A stretch of DNA of 64,000 bases from a virus (Duplodnaviria > Caudoviricetes), in IMG/VR virus record IMGVR_UViG_2939201121_000002, positions 1-64,000 of that record, one strand, 5' to 3'. Under the pieces are notes generated by a model. It was not told the DNA's origin, did not search any database, and was given only the letters and a program-made list of their open reading frames with translations. Within the stretch, counting starts at the first letter, position 1. Each line of letters starts with the position of its first letter. Shown one piece after another: positions 50,677 through 60,937 of the stretch. The translations under genes were made by a program, and so were the position numbers.

Positions 50677-52506
50677 GGGGCTGGGACGTAATTCCTGCCC
50701 TCTTCGCTAAAAAAGCTCTGATTAGATGTAAAAAAACATTTAATCAGAGCTTTTTTAGATATTATTTAAAAAAATAAAGCACTTCCTGTATAATTATTAA
50801 TAACGACAAAAATAATAGACAGGGGTGCTTTATATGTATAAAAATTATAACATGTTTCAACTTACACTTCCAATAGAAACTGAGATGTCTTTTCCAGAAA
50901 ATGATATTGTATTTATTATTAACAAACTTGTAGAATCTATCCCCCAAGAAGCGTTTAATCCATATTATAGCCAAAGAGGTCCTTCATCATACCATCCAAA
51001 AATGATGTTAAAAATCATACTTTATAGTTATGCCCATTCTGTTTTTTCAGGACGAAGAATCGAGCATCTGTTAAAAGATAGTTGCCGAATGATGTGGCTT
51101 GCGCAAGGTCAAACGCCAACTTATAGAACCATCAATCGCTTTAGAGTGAACCCCCATATGATGGAATTTCTACATATTTTATTTGTCGGTTTAAGAGCAC
51201 AGTTATTAGAAGATAAACTCATAACAGAGGATGTCATTTATATTGATGGCACAAAAATAGAAGCAAATGCGAATAAGTACACATTCCAGTGGCTGGCTAA
51301 TACGAAGCGTTTTAGTCAGTCTGTCATTGAAAAATCAACGGCTTTATATGAGCAACTCGTTTCTGAAGAGATTATTCCTGAAATCAAACGTGAATCTGGG
51401 CATGAATTAACAAGTGAAGAACTGAATCAAATAGAGACGCATTTAGGTCATAAAAATGATGCGCTCACGTCTGAAATTGAAACGACTCAAGATGTAGAGA
51501 CAAGAAAAACCCTTAGAAAAGAAAGAAGTAAGGTGAGACAAAGTAAGAAAGCCATCCAAGATTTTAAAGACCGTAAAATCAAATATGACAAGCAAATGGA
51601 AATTTATGGTGACAGAAAAAGTTATTCAAAGACCGACCACGATGCGACCTTCATGAGAATGAAAGATGATCATATGAGAAACGGCCAATTGAAACCGGGT
51701 TATAACCTACAAATCGCAACCCATAATCAATTCGTTTTAGCTTTTGGTGTTTACAGTTATCCAGGTGATACAAGAACGCTCGAACCATTTTTAAAATCCA
51801 TCCACAATTTATATGGTGACATTCCAGAGTATATTGTGGCAGATGCGGGTTACGGAAGTGAATACAACTATACCATGATACTCGATGAATTTGAGAAAAC
51901 ACCTTTAATCACTTATAGTATGTATCTCAAAGAGAAGCAGCGCAAATATAAAAACAATCCATTGATTACTGCTAACTGGGAATACCGTGAGATAGATGAT
52001 TACTATATATGTCCTAACAAAAAGGAATTACATTTCCAAAGTTACAGAAAGAAAAGAGATGGATACGGTATTCAAAGAGATTTTAAATTATATGCATGTG
52101 AAGAGTGTGTGGGCTGTCCATTACGAAGTCAATGTATGAAGCAAAGTACGAACCCCAACACAAATAAACGCTTATTTAGAAATTTAACTTGGGACTATTT
52201 TAAAGCCTTCACAAATCAACAGCTTTCAGATCCAAAGACGAAACACATTTATCAAAAGAGAAAGATAGATGTTGAATCAACTTTTGGAAATCTGAAGGCT
52301 AATTTGGGTTTCCAAAGATTATCGGTTCGCACAAAATCAAAGGTTGAGTGTGAACTTGGCATCGCACTCATGGCAGTAAATATACGAAAACTAGCTAAAA
52401 TAAGTGCTCGTTTTCGTTCGTTAATAAGAAAAAAGCCGTCAAATTCTAAAAAAATGAATTTTGACGTCTTTTTCTTAAAGGAGCTGAAGGTCTATGTCCC
52501 AGCCCC
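50677..52506 (+). mobile_element. IS1182-family element
   Basis: Terminal IRs GGGGCTGGGAC / GTCCCAGCCCC. Confidence 0.88.
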
Positions 52507-52525
52507 TAAAATATTAAGATTTTAA
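50834..52525 (+). CDS. IS1182 transposase (reads through the right IR)
   Basis: YHPKMMLK, IDGTK, KTDHDA, ADAGY, VESTFG. Confidence 0.92.
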   Translation: MYKNYNMFQLTLPIETEMSFPENDIVFIINKLVESIPQEAFNPYYSQRGPSSYHPKMMLKIILYSYAHSVFSGRRIEHLLKDSCRMMWLAQGQTPTYRTINRFRVNPHMMEFLHILFVGLRAQLLEDKLITEDVIYIDGTKIEANANKYTFQWLANTKRFSQSVIEKSTALYEQLVSEEIIPEIKRESGHELTSEELNQIETHLGHKNDALTSEIETTQDVETRKTLRKERSKVRQSKKAIQDFKDRKIKYDKQMEIYGDRKSYSKTDHDATFMRMKDDHMRNGQLKPGYNLQIATHNQFVLAFGVYSYPGDTRTLEPFLKSIHNLYGDIPEYIVADAGYGSEYNYTMILDEFEKTPLITYSMYLKEKQRKYKNNPLITANWEYREIDDYYICPNKKELHFQSYRKKRDGYGIQRDFKLYACEECVGCPLRSQCMKQSTNPNTNKRLFRNLTWDYFKAFTNQQLSDPKTKHIYQKRKIDVESTFGNLKANLGFQRLSVRTKSKVECELGIALMAVNIRKLAKISARFRSLIRKKPSNSKKMNFDVFFLKELKVYVPAPKILRF

Positions 52526-53290
52526 AGTTGAAATAATTTTTTCTTTATCTGACCAATATAATATCGAAAGATTTTCATGTTCTGCAGCCTGGAGAGCTTT
52601 ATCACTAATAGTGTGGTCTATATCATTAGCTATAATAAACATTCTTGGCAATAAATTATTCCTAGATGGTCTATTATCTTTTACATCTCTATACATATAA
52701 ACATCGTTGGTAACTTTATTGAAGTCTAAATTATTTGCGAAGTTAATGAGTTTTTCTGATTGGGATTTCGTTCCCGGTAAAATGTAATCGATAGAATACT
52801 TTATACCTGATTCACCGGCTACTGACACTTCAGCAGATCCTGCTATATCTTCTTCGTATAGAAAGTTAAACACATCTTCATAAAACATGGATGAAACATT
52901 ATTTCTAGAGGTTATGGTAAGATCATAAATTTTTAGAATACCTTGAATTAAATCGTGTTTAGATTGAGCGAAACTCTCATTTTTAACATGAGCGATAATT
53001 TCCTCGTTTTTTAAACTTAAATTAAATTGATTTAATATGCTTTGTATTATTCTATTTCTAGCTTTAGTATTTGTGTTTACATTAGACATCTTTAGTTCGT
53101 TTAAAGTTAAACCATCATCTGATAATATGATTGAGCCATCAGGACAAAAATCAGCATATATTCTTATGAAATCATTTAAGTGGTTTCTAAACGGCGTGGT
53201 AATTTCTGTAGTACTATCTAACTCTTTATATTTATAACTTTGTTTTAACCAGTTAAAATAATCATTCATCATTTGTTCGATAGTTTCCAT
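52514..53290 (-). CDS. DUF1828/DUF1829-like protein
   Basis: EITTPF...D.I.IY...LSDDG.TL..L and GESG....DY patterns. Confidence 0.75.
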   Translation of the reverse strand: METIEQMMNDYFNWLKQSYKYKELDSTTEITTPFRNHLNDFIRIYADFCPDGSIILSDDGLTLNELKMSNVNTNTKARNRIIQSILNQFNLSLKNEEIIAHVKNESFAQSKHDLIQGILKIYDLTITSRNNVSSMFYEDVFNFLYEEDIAGSAEVSVAGESGIKYSIDYILPGTKSQSEKLINFANNLDFNKVTNDVYMYRDVKDNRPSRNNLLPRMFIIANDIDHTISDKALQAAEHENLSILYWSDKEKIISTLKS

Positions 53291-53311
53291 TATTTATCCC
53301 TCCGTTTCATT

Positions 53312-53761
53312 CTACAATAAGCTTGGTTCTATTATAACATTATCACGCTTTATATTAGTGTAATCCATAAAAAATTCCAATGAGTCTATAAGCTCATCTA
53401 CTAAATTTATATTTTCAATTTCTTTTAATGGAATAGCTATACCACCATTATCATATTCATCAGTAATAATATGTATATGTGGCGTGGGTATTCTTTCGTA
53501 ATTCGGTGGGTTAGCGTGATCGCTTCCATTAACATCAAATCTGATCATATTACTTTTATAGTTATTACTATTTAATATTATAGTTAAATTATGAGGGTTT
53601 CTATGACCACCTTTATTAATTATAAGTGTAAATTTCTCTGTATCATCAATAATGTGAAACAGCTTATGTTTAGTTTGTTCGCCAACAACAGGTATATTAA
53701 CTATATTATTTTCGAAAACTTTTATTTTTTTAAGTAACTTTTCATATAATTCTCTTTCCAT
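53312..53761 (-). CDS. DUF6978-like protein
   Basis: RFDVNG..H.NP....IPTPHIH...F..YTNI. Confidence 0.65.
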   Translation of the reverse strand: MERELYEKLLKKIKVFENNIVNIPVVGEQTKHKLFHIIDDTEKFTLIINKGGHRNPHNLTIILNSNNYKSNMIRFDVNGSDHANPPNYERIPTPHIHIITDEYDNGGIAIPLKEIENINLVDELIDSLEFFMDYTNIKRDNVIIEPSLL

Positions 53762-53807
53762 CCCTCAACCTCCATTTAAAAAGGGTAGGCGTACTACCCC
53801 TGAATAG

Positions 53808-54333
53808 TTAATCTTTTAAACTCGATATAATAACGCTTAGAACTTGCCCTTTATCACCTAGAACATAACTGACATAGTAGTCTTTATTTAATGATTTTGA
53901 GTGATATTTTTGTTTAATATCACTGATATTTGAAACAAATTCTGCATCATCTGCCATATAATCACGCGCATGTTGATTCAAAAATTCTTTATCTATGTTT
54001 CTATCTACAGGAAATTTACCAAAAGACTTTTCTGCCTGAAGTATGTTGTCAGTATCTCCTAAAAGGTAGGTTGTGCCGTTTATCACCACCATGCTTTTTT
54101 CCGCGTCGTGTGGCTCAGTTAATTTTCCATACACGGTATTGTCCTGTGGTGTTGCTGCTACTGTTTCAGTCGACTCTTTTTCTTCTTTTTCTGACTCTTT
54201 TTCTACTTTCTCAGCTTTTTCAGATTCTTTTTCGGTTTCTTTTTTATCGCTCTCTGTTACTTTTGTGTCTTCAGTTTCGTCATCATCTGAATGGCTGCCA
54301 CATGAGCCAAACAATAATAGTAATACGATGACG
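53808..54333 (-). pseudogene. Lipoprotein/secreted moron with 5' end deleted
   Basis: VLLLLFGSC hydrophobic/lipobox-like stretch and E/K-rich linker; no start or RBS, abuts terL sequence. Confidence 0.6.
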
Positions 54334-54867
54334 CAAGATGAATTGAAACAGATACCGATGAAACAATATTTTTGTGGTGTTGACTGGGGATATGAGCATT
54401 ATGGTGTGATTGTTGTGTTTGGTATGGGCTATGATGATAGATTTTATTTAATTGAGGAGCACGCAAAGCAGCACGCTTTCATTGAAGAATGGGTACGTAT
54501 CGCGCATGACATTAAAGCGCGGTATGGTGATATTCCTTTTTATTGCGACTCAGCGCGTCCGGAACACGTAGCTAAGTTTCAAGATGAGGGCATCAATGCG
54601 GTATATGCAGATAAGCGGATTATGCGCGGTGTGGAGTTAGTGGCGCATTACTTTAAAAATGATAAGCTTAGAATTTTATACGACGCTTGTCCTCGATTTG
54701 CCTCAGAGATTTATAACTATGCGTGGGACACTAAAAAAGATTTACCGATGAAAGAATACGATGACGTGATGGATGCGATGCGTTATGCGTTACTCACGTT
54801 TGTAGAAACATTCGAACAAAGAAGTGTTGAAGATGAAATTGATTTAATTCAACAATTAGGAATTTAG
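54328..54867 (+). pseudogene. terL: Terminase large subunit, C-terminal nuclease fragment (PBSX/SPP1 type)
   Basis: GVDWGY, CDSARP, DDVMDAMRYA; ATPase domain missing. Confidence 0.88.
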
Positions 54868-54875
54868 GTGATAGA

Positions 54876-56288
54876 ATGCGGTTTAAACCTGACAGTAATT
54901 TAATATTTACGTGTAAAGACGTTGATGATTTGTTAGCCAAAAATGGTGAAAAATTGTTAACGTTTTTTAATTTACATCGAGATCAGCAACGTCCTCGATT
55001 ACAAGAGCTGCTCGATTATTATTTGACGAATAATAAGGGAATCAATCAACGTCCGGGACGTGATGAACCATACGCGGATTATCGTATTGCGCACGCGTTT
55101 GTGAAGAATGGTACGGACTTTATTCGCGGTTATATCGGTGGGAATGAAATCACATTCCGCGATGAGCAATATGCTGATGAGATTCAACACATTAATGACA
55201 TTAACGATGCACATGTTGTTAACGTTGAGATTTTAGAAGACTGTATTATTTATGGACGCGCTTATGAGATTGTGTATCGTAATACGGACAATCAAGACAT
55301 CTTTAAGCGGTTAGATCCAAAAAATGTGTTTGTGATCTACAGTGACGACATTGAAGTTGAACCTCTTGCAGCAGTACGGTATCGGTCTGAAAAAATAAAC
55401 GGTAAAGATGTGACGCTGATTGATTTCTATACCGCTGATTATCGTGCTTATTTTTACGTGGATAATAACCGTTTAAGAGAACGTGCAGATATGCCACAAG
55501 AGCTGAATATGCATCATATGCTACAGATTCATGAGTATAATGCGAATCGGTTCCGACAGGGTGTGTTTGAAAATGTACTCGATTTAATCGATGCGTATGA
55601 TTATGCGGAATCTGATACGGCTAACTATATGACGGACTTGAATGATGCGATGCTAAAAATTGAGGGGCATTTAGACTTAGATATTGAAGAGGCTAAAAAG
55701 ATGCGGAAGTCCCGTATTATTTTAGCAAAAACAAAACCTGATGCATCCGGCCGTATCGGTAATGCGAATGTCGATTATATTTATAAGCAGTATGACGTTG
55801 CTGGCGTTGAAGCATACAAGAAGCGTATTCAAAAAGACATCCACAAGTTTACGAATACGCCTGATTTATCCGATGAACATTTCGGTGGGGTGCAGTCGGG
55901 TGAGGCAATGAAATATAAGTTATTCGGACTTGAACAGTTACGCGTGACGATTGAAAGACAACTGACGAAAGGCTTTAAACGTCGGTTTGCGATTATTCAA
56001 AGTGTGCGGAATCACTTGAATGATAATGTCGATTTTACGGATATGCGTATTGAGTTTAAGCCTAACATCCCGCAATCCTTAGCAGAATATGCAGATATCT
56101 TTATTAAGCTTGGCGGTCGCGTGAGTCAAGAAACGTTGTTATCGTGGTTACCGAATATTGAGAATCCTAAAGAAGAACTTGAAAAAGTGAAAGCGGAGGA
56201 GCAAGAGACATCGGATAGTCATCATTACCACGACGCCATGCCTGTGCAACAAGAGAAAGCGGATATAAACAATGTCGAACTTGAGTGA
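54876..56288 (+). CDS. SPP1 gp6-like portal protein
   Basis: YGRAYE, LIDAYD, SGEAMKYKL. Confidence 0.92.
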   Translation: MRFKPDSNLIFTCKDVDDLLAKNGEKLLTFFNLHRDQQRPRLQELLDYYLTNNKGINQRPGRDEPYADYRIAHAFVKNGTDFIRGYIGGNEITFRDEQYADEIQHINDINDAHVVNVEILEDCIIYGRAYEIVYRNTDNQDIFKRLDPKNVFVIYSDDIEVEPLAAVRYRSEKINGKDVTLIDFYTADYRAYFYVDNNRLRERADMPQELNMHHMLQIHEYNANRFRQGVFENVLDLIDAYDYAESDTANYMTDLNDAMLKIEGHLDLDIEEAKKMRKSRIILAKTKPDASGRIGNANVDYIYKQYDVAGVEAYKKRIQKDIHKFTNTPDLSDEHFGGVQSGEAMKYKLFGLEQLRVTIERQLTKGFKRRFAIIQSVRNHLNDNVDFTDMRIEFKPNIPQSLAEYADIFIKLGGRVSQETLLSWLPNIENPKEELEKVKAEEQETSDSHHYHDAMPVQQEKADINNVELE

Positions 56289-57624
56289 TTACTGGTTAGA
56301 GCGCGCAAAAATGTTCATCCAGTCTGAAACATTAGAAGATGCTGCAAAGGTTGCTGAAATTGAGCGCATTGTGGCGATGATGTTTGCGGATATCTACAAA
56401 AACTTGTTGGCCTATTATGGGAAGCTTGCGACAGCTGAAGGGATTGACTGGCGAGAAGCGAAAAAGATTGTGGATGCGTTCGATGTTGAAATGTTTCAAA
56501 TGCAAGCAAAAGCCTATGTTGAAAATAAAGACTTTAGTGAAAAAGCGAATGAAGAGCTGAAGCGTTATAACACGACCATGTATGTGAATCGTGAGCAGTT
56601 GTTAAAGCATGAGCTCGGTTTGATTGTGACGAAAGCCTATGCGGAACAAGAGAAAGTGGTGAATCATCACTTACAAGATAGCGTGACACGTACACTGAAA
56701 CATCAAGCAGGTATTTTAGGTGCGGATGTGCATGTAAAGCAGTCAGATGTTGAAGCGATTGTGTATTCTAACTTTGGCAAGCTGAATTGGTCTGAGCGAC
56801 TCTGGAATAATCAAGATGAACTCAGAAAAGATGTTGAGCGGATGGCAAGCCATGTGATGTTACGTGGGCGTCATCCGTATGAGTTTGTGCCGGAGATACG
56901 TAAGAAGCAGAAGCAGACAGTCGCTAATACAAAAAGGCTATTGATTACCGAAGCTGCACGCGTCCAAACGGAAGCACAGAAAATGCACTATTTAGAAACG
57001 ATGGGCGACGATGCCGAATATGAGTTTGTGGCGAAACGTGATGAAAAGACGTCTAAAATCTGTCGTCATTATGATAAAAAAGTTTTTAAAGTGAAAGACA
57101 TGGTACCTGGTGTCAATGCCCCGCCGATGCATCCCCATTGTCGAAGTACGACAGTGCCACATGTAGGCAACTGGCGTGATAAGTTTTTCAAAGATAGACA
57201 AGGGAAGTACAGGGTTGAGTACAAAGAAGTTTTACAAAAATTAGCTAAAGAAGACATGACGGAAGCTCTTGAAAATGGTAAAATAAAAAAAGAATTAAAC
57301 GTAGATAAACAGAACCGACACCAGTTAGGTCATCAATTGTATGAAGCATATAAGAAAAAGAATTTACAAAAAGGGCTTCCAATACCAAGCTTTACGATAT
57401 TAGACAATGATGAACTCAATGCGTTAATAATTCAAAAAGCTGGTAAGGGTCGTTTAATCACTAGTGACACAGGTGAATGGAAGAACAAAGAAGTCATTGA
57501 TTTTGGCAGGGTTATAGGAAAAGATTATATGGACGGTAGATTTATAGAAACAAGATTAGGGACTGTACACTATTCAAAAACAGGCACCCATGTTATACCG
57601 AACGGAAAGGATGAGGCACAATGA
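56272..57624 (+). CDS. MuF/SPP1 gp7 minor head protein with C-terminal Ntox50-like toxin domain
   Basis: PPMHPHCRS MuF motif; extension KQNRH...VHYSKTGTHVIP. Confidence 0.82.
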   Translation: MSNLSDYWLERAKMFIQSETLEDAAKVAEIERIVAMMFADIYKNLLAYYGKLATAEGIDWREAKKIVDAFDVEMFQMQAKAYVENKDFSEKANEELKRYNTTMYVNREQLLKHELGLIVTKAYAEQEKVVNHHLQDSVTRTLKHQAGILGADVHVKQSDVEAIVYSNFGKLNWSERLWNNQDELRKDVERMASHVMLRGRHPYEFVPEIRKKQKQTVANTKRLLITEAARVQTEAQKMHYLETMGDDAEYEFVAKRDEKTSKICRHYDKKVFKVKDMVPGVNAPPMHPHCRSTTVPHVGNWRDKFFKDRQGKYRVEYKEVLQKLAKEDMTEALENGKIKKELNVDKQNRHQLGHQLYEAYKKKNLQKGLPIPSFTILDNDELNALIIQKAGKGRLITSDTGEWKNKEVIDFGRVIGKDYMDGRFIETRLGTVHYSKTGTHVIPNGKDEAQ

Positions 57625-57815
57625 AATTGTGGACATATGTAGGAGAAAATGCAATTGTAGAATTGATGAATGGTAAAAAATTTGTGGGTAAAGTTACAAA
57701 TTTTGAAGATGAAATAGCTAATAACAGTGGAGAGAATTCTATACACTTCGATGATGGTATAGGGTTATATGATTTCGATGAAAGTGAAATTAAATCAATT
57801 GAAATTTTAGAATAA
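57621..57815 (+). CDS. Putative immunity protein
   Basis: Small acidic ORF coupled (ATGA) to the toxin gene, followed by a terminator-like hairpin. Confidence 0.6.
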   Translation: MKLWTYVGENAIVELMNGKKFVGKVTNFEDEIANNSGENSIHFDDGIGLYDFDESEIKSIEILE

Positions 57816-57999
57816 GCACCGGATGAAACAGTAAATCAATCATCCTGGTGCTCTTTTTATACTCAATTTTAAGCTACTGTGCTGCAGTGGCTATTTTTTA
57901 TGCCCAAACCATGCTTATGGCGTTAAAAGATGCAAGTGTAGTCCAAACCATGCAATGACATTAAACTTGCAAGAGTAGATTTAAATGAGGTGCGAAAAT

Positions 58000-58590
58000 A
58001 TGAAAGAACAATGGTTCAAGTTGAAGTTACAATTTTTTAATGATGCGGGTACTGAAGAAAATACGGAAACAGATAATACTGTAGAAAATAGCGATTCGAC
58101 TGAGGAAACGAAAGATACGGAACAGTTGACTGAAGCGCAATTGAAGTTAGTGAATGATCGTGTGAATGCAGAGATGCAACGACGTACGAAAGAGATGCGT
58201 CAACAGATTCAAGATGAGTTAGCTGAGAAGCAAAAAGAAGCTGATAAATTGCGTAAGATGAACGCCGAACAAAAGCATCAATACGAGCTTGAAAAGGCTG
58301 AAAAAGAACGTGATGCATATAAGCAACAACTTGAGTCATACAAGATGCGTCAAGAAGCGATGGCGATGTTTAGTGAGGCAGGCATGCAAGCCCCTGAATC
58401 TTTATTGAATATGGTCGTTCAAGATACAGCTGAAGCAACAAAAGAAGCTGTAGATAGCTTTGTTTCGATGGTGAATCAAGAAGTACAGCGTCAGTTAGAA
58501 AGTAAAGCGACACAAAGCCATGTTGTTGGGAATCATGTGACGACACCGAAGCTTGAAACTGATGAAGCGTGGAAAACATTTTTAAATTAA
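58000..58590 (+). CDS. Scaffold protein (DUF4355-like)
   Basis: KLKLQFF N-terminus, coiled coil, precedes the capsid gene. Confidence 0.85.
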   Translation: MKEQWFKLKLQFFNDAGTEENTETDNTVENSDSTEETKDTEQLTEAQLKLVNDRVNAEMQRRTKEMRQQIQDELAEKQKEADKLRKMNAEQKHQYELEKAEKERDAYKQQLESYKMRQEAMAMFSEAGMQAPESLLNMVVQDTAEATKEAVDSFVSMVNQEVQRQLESKATQSHVVGNHVTTPKLETDEAWKTFLN

Positions 58591-58604
58591 GAAAGGTTGA
58601 TTTG

Positions 58605-59537
58605 ATGATGAAATTCAATTTACAATTTTTTGCTGATACGGGTACAGGCGGGACTGCAACACCTGCAGCAGCAACACAAACGAAAGTGGCACTGGGTGAA
58701 ACGAAATTAAAGGACAAACACACTGGCATTGTAAAAACTGTGACAGATGCGAAGTCGTATGCGACACCTGCATTGATTACGGATGATGCGATTTATATGG
58801 AGGGGCGTTCATTCACTGTGATGAAAGGTGATGTGGCTGAATTACGCGACTACGACCGCACGCAAGCGAACCATATGGACAGCCCGAAAATTACTGAACG
58901 CACGTACTTCTTAGACCAAGAGAAGTATTGGGGTCGTTTTATCGATAAGCTTGATAAACGTGATACTGAAGGTAATATCGATGTGAACTATGTGGTTGCA
59001 CGTCAATCGGCTGAAGTGGTCGCGCCTTATTTGGATAACTTACGCTTTAAAAACATTGCTCAGAATGCGAAAGAACACATTGCGGTTGCTGCGAATCGTG
59101 AGTACGATGCGGTTTTATCAGTCACTGAAAAGATGACGGACGATATTGCGCCTGCAAACCGAACATTATTCGTAACGCCTGCTTTCTACACTAAAATTAA
59201 ACAGCTTGTCATTCAATTGCCACAAGGGGATAACAAGCAACAAGTGTTAAGTCAAGGTGTACAAGGTAAGTTAGATGGCTTTGTTGTTGTCGTTGTACCG
59301 ACTAAGTTCTTACAGGGCGTTGAGGCGATTGCGGTTGCAGGTCAAGTGTGTGCGTCACCGCTTCAAGTGAACGAGACGAAAACAAACAGTAACATTCCTG
59401 GTCGCTTTGGCGAATCAGTTGAACAATTGCTTTACACTGGTGCGTTTGTACCGGAAGAGTTACAAAAATTCATCTACACACTTGGTGGTACTGCTGTAGC
59501 GCCTAAAAAAGACGGTAAAGACGCTCATAAAAAATAA
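58605..59537 (+). CDS. Major capsid protein
   Basis: FNLQFFA N-terminus; size and position. Confidence 0.8.
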   Translation: MMKFNLQFFADTGTGGTATPAAATQTKVALGETKLKDKHTGIVKTVTDAKSYATPALITDDAIYMEGRSFTVMKGDVAELRDYDRTQANHMDSPKITERTYFLDQEKYWGRFIDKLDKRDTEGNIDVNYVVARQSAEVVAPYLDNLRFKNIAQNAKEHIAVAANREYDAVLSVTEKMTDDIAPANRTLFVTPAFYTKIKQLVIQLPQGDNKQQVLSQGVQGKLDGFVVVVVPTKFLQGVEAIAVAGQVCASPLQVNETKTNSNIPGRFGESVEQLLYTGAFVPEELQKFIYTLGGTAVAPKKDGKDAHKK

Positions 59538-59544
59538 TTAGTGG

Positions 59545-59877
59545 GTGATTGAGATGAAGGCTTTTGTGGATAAAGTCAAAAACCGTATTGGCATTGATGA
59601 TCACTTACAAGACAAGTTGCTTTATGAAATCGTCACCAACGTTGTTGACGAGTTGAAATTACGTTTACCGAAAGAACAAGCGTTTATTCCGCAACCCCTT
59701 TACTTTATTGTGATTGAGGTTGCGGTGAAGCGTTATAACAAGGTAGGTTCTGAAGGTATGGTGTCGGAAAGTGTTGAAGGTCGTTCAATGTCGTATGAAG
59801 AAGACGACTTCAAGCAATATGACAGCTTCATTAATAAGTTTTTTGATGATGGCTGCGGTGAGGTGTTGTTCTTTTGA
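59545..59877 (+). CDS. Head-tail connector (SPP1 gp15-like)
   Basis: KRYNKVGSEGM.SESVEG. Confidence 0.85.
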   Translation: MIEMKAFVDKVKNRIGIDDHLQDKLLYEIVTNVVDELKLRLPKEQAFIPQPLYFIVIEVAVKRYNKVGSEGMVSESVEGRSMSYEEDDFKQYDSFINKFFDDGCGEVLFF

Positions 59878-60197
59878 GGTTTTCAAATCGTGTCATGTTG
59901 GTGACAAAAAGACGAAAGCGGTACAACCCTGACACCAATCAATATGAGCGTGAGACTGTGAGACATGAAACGCTTGTTTGTAATATCAACCCATTGTCGC
60001 CATCAAGGACATCACTGTTATTCGGTGATGTCTATAAGGCGATAAATGTGATTCGTTTGAATACGGTTGTGGATTATAAACCGACACATGCTTTAATAGA
60101 CGGGGTGTGCTATGCAATAAAAAAGCGTGTGGATAGTAGGAGACAAACGACCTTTTATGTTGAGGAGGTTGTGAATGATGAAAATCACGGGCGTTGA
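59874..60197 (+). CDS. Head closure protein
   Basis: Position; YNPDT motif. Confidence 0.7.
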   Translation: MRFSNRVMLVTKRRKRYNPDTNQYERETVRHETLVCNINPLSPSRTSLLFGDVYKAINVIRLNTVVDYKPTHALIDGVCYAIKKRVDSRRQTTFYVEEVVNDENHGR

Positions 60198-60525
60198 TGA
60201 TTTAAAACGTGTACTTAAAAACATGTCTGACATTGATGATGATGTGAATTTGATTATGACTGAAACTTGTAAAGAAGCGCCGGGAATCGCCGTTGAAAAT
60301 GCACGTGCTGTCATGGTGAAAGGCTATTGGACGGGGAATTTAGCGCGTGAAATAGAGAGTGACATGCTTGATTCGCTGTCCTTTATGCTCATCTCAAACG
60401 CAGCTTATTCGGGATTTGTGGAATACGGTACGCGTTACATGGAGGCTGAACCGTTTATGCGTCCGACGAGTAAACAGATGGGTGAACAGTTGCGTGATGA
60501 TTTTATGCGCTTGTTGAAAGGTTAG
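60175..60525 (+). CDS. HK97 gp10-like neck protein
   Basis: TGNL...YSGFVEYGTRYM.AEPFMRP. Confidence 0.85.
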   Translation: MMKITGVDDLKRVLKNMSDIDDDVNLIMTETCKEAPGIAVENARAVMVKGYWTGNLAREIESDMLDSLSFMLISNAAYSGFVEYGTRYMEAEPFMRPTSKQMGEQLRDDFMRLLKG

Positions 60526-60530
60526 GTGAT

Positions 60531-60920
60531 GTGATGTTATCACCACAATTACAACTATATAACAAAGTGTTTAAGCAATTATTGAAGTATGGTGTACCAG
60601 TGATTGATGTAAAGGATATCGGACAAACCCTCCCGTATCCTTTTTTTGTTGTGCAACGGATGAATGTGAAAAAGTCGTTTTTGGCGTTTGACCGTTTTTC
60701 AAGTGAAGCGACCTTGTTAATTCACGTGTGGAGTGTTGCGGACGACGAAAGTGTGCATGATGATGCTGTTAGTTTTGCAGAAAGTGTCGTGTCAACGCCG
60801 ATTGAGTTAGACGGCTATGATGCGATGCCTGACAATATCGATACACGTTTTATTGTTGATACGACAACGAATCAATTACTGAATCATACGGTGATAACTG
60901 CAGATTATAAAATTTATTAA
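60531..60920 (+). CDS. Tail terminator protein
   Basis: PYPF...IHVW; position. Confidence 0.7.
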   Translation: MMLSPQLQLYNKVFKQLLKYGVPVIDVKDIGQTLPYPFFVVQRMNVKKSFLAFDRFSSEATLLIHVWSVADDESVHDDAVSFAESVVSTPIELDGYDAMPDNIDTRFIVDTTTNQLLNHTVITADYKIY

Positions 60921-60937
60921 GAATGGAGTGTTTATGA

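Noticed and set aside
54073-54867. 264-aa ORF as a novel terminase fusion
   Set aside because: The Ser/Phe-rich N-terminal part is the antisense reading of the lipoprotein's E/K-rich linker across a deletion junction
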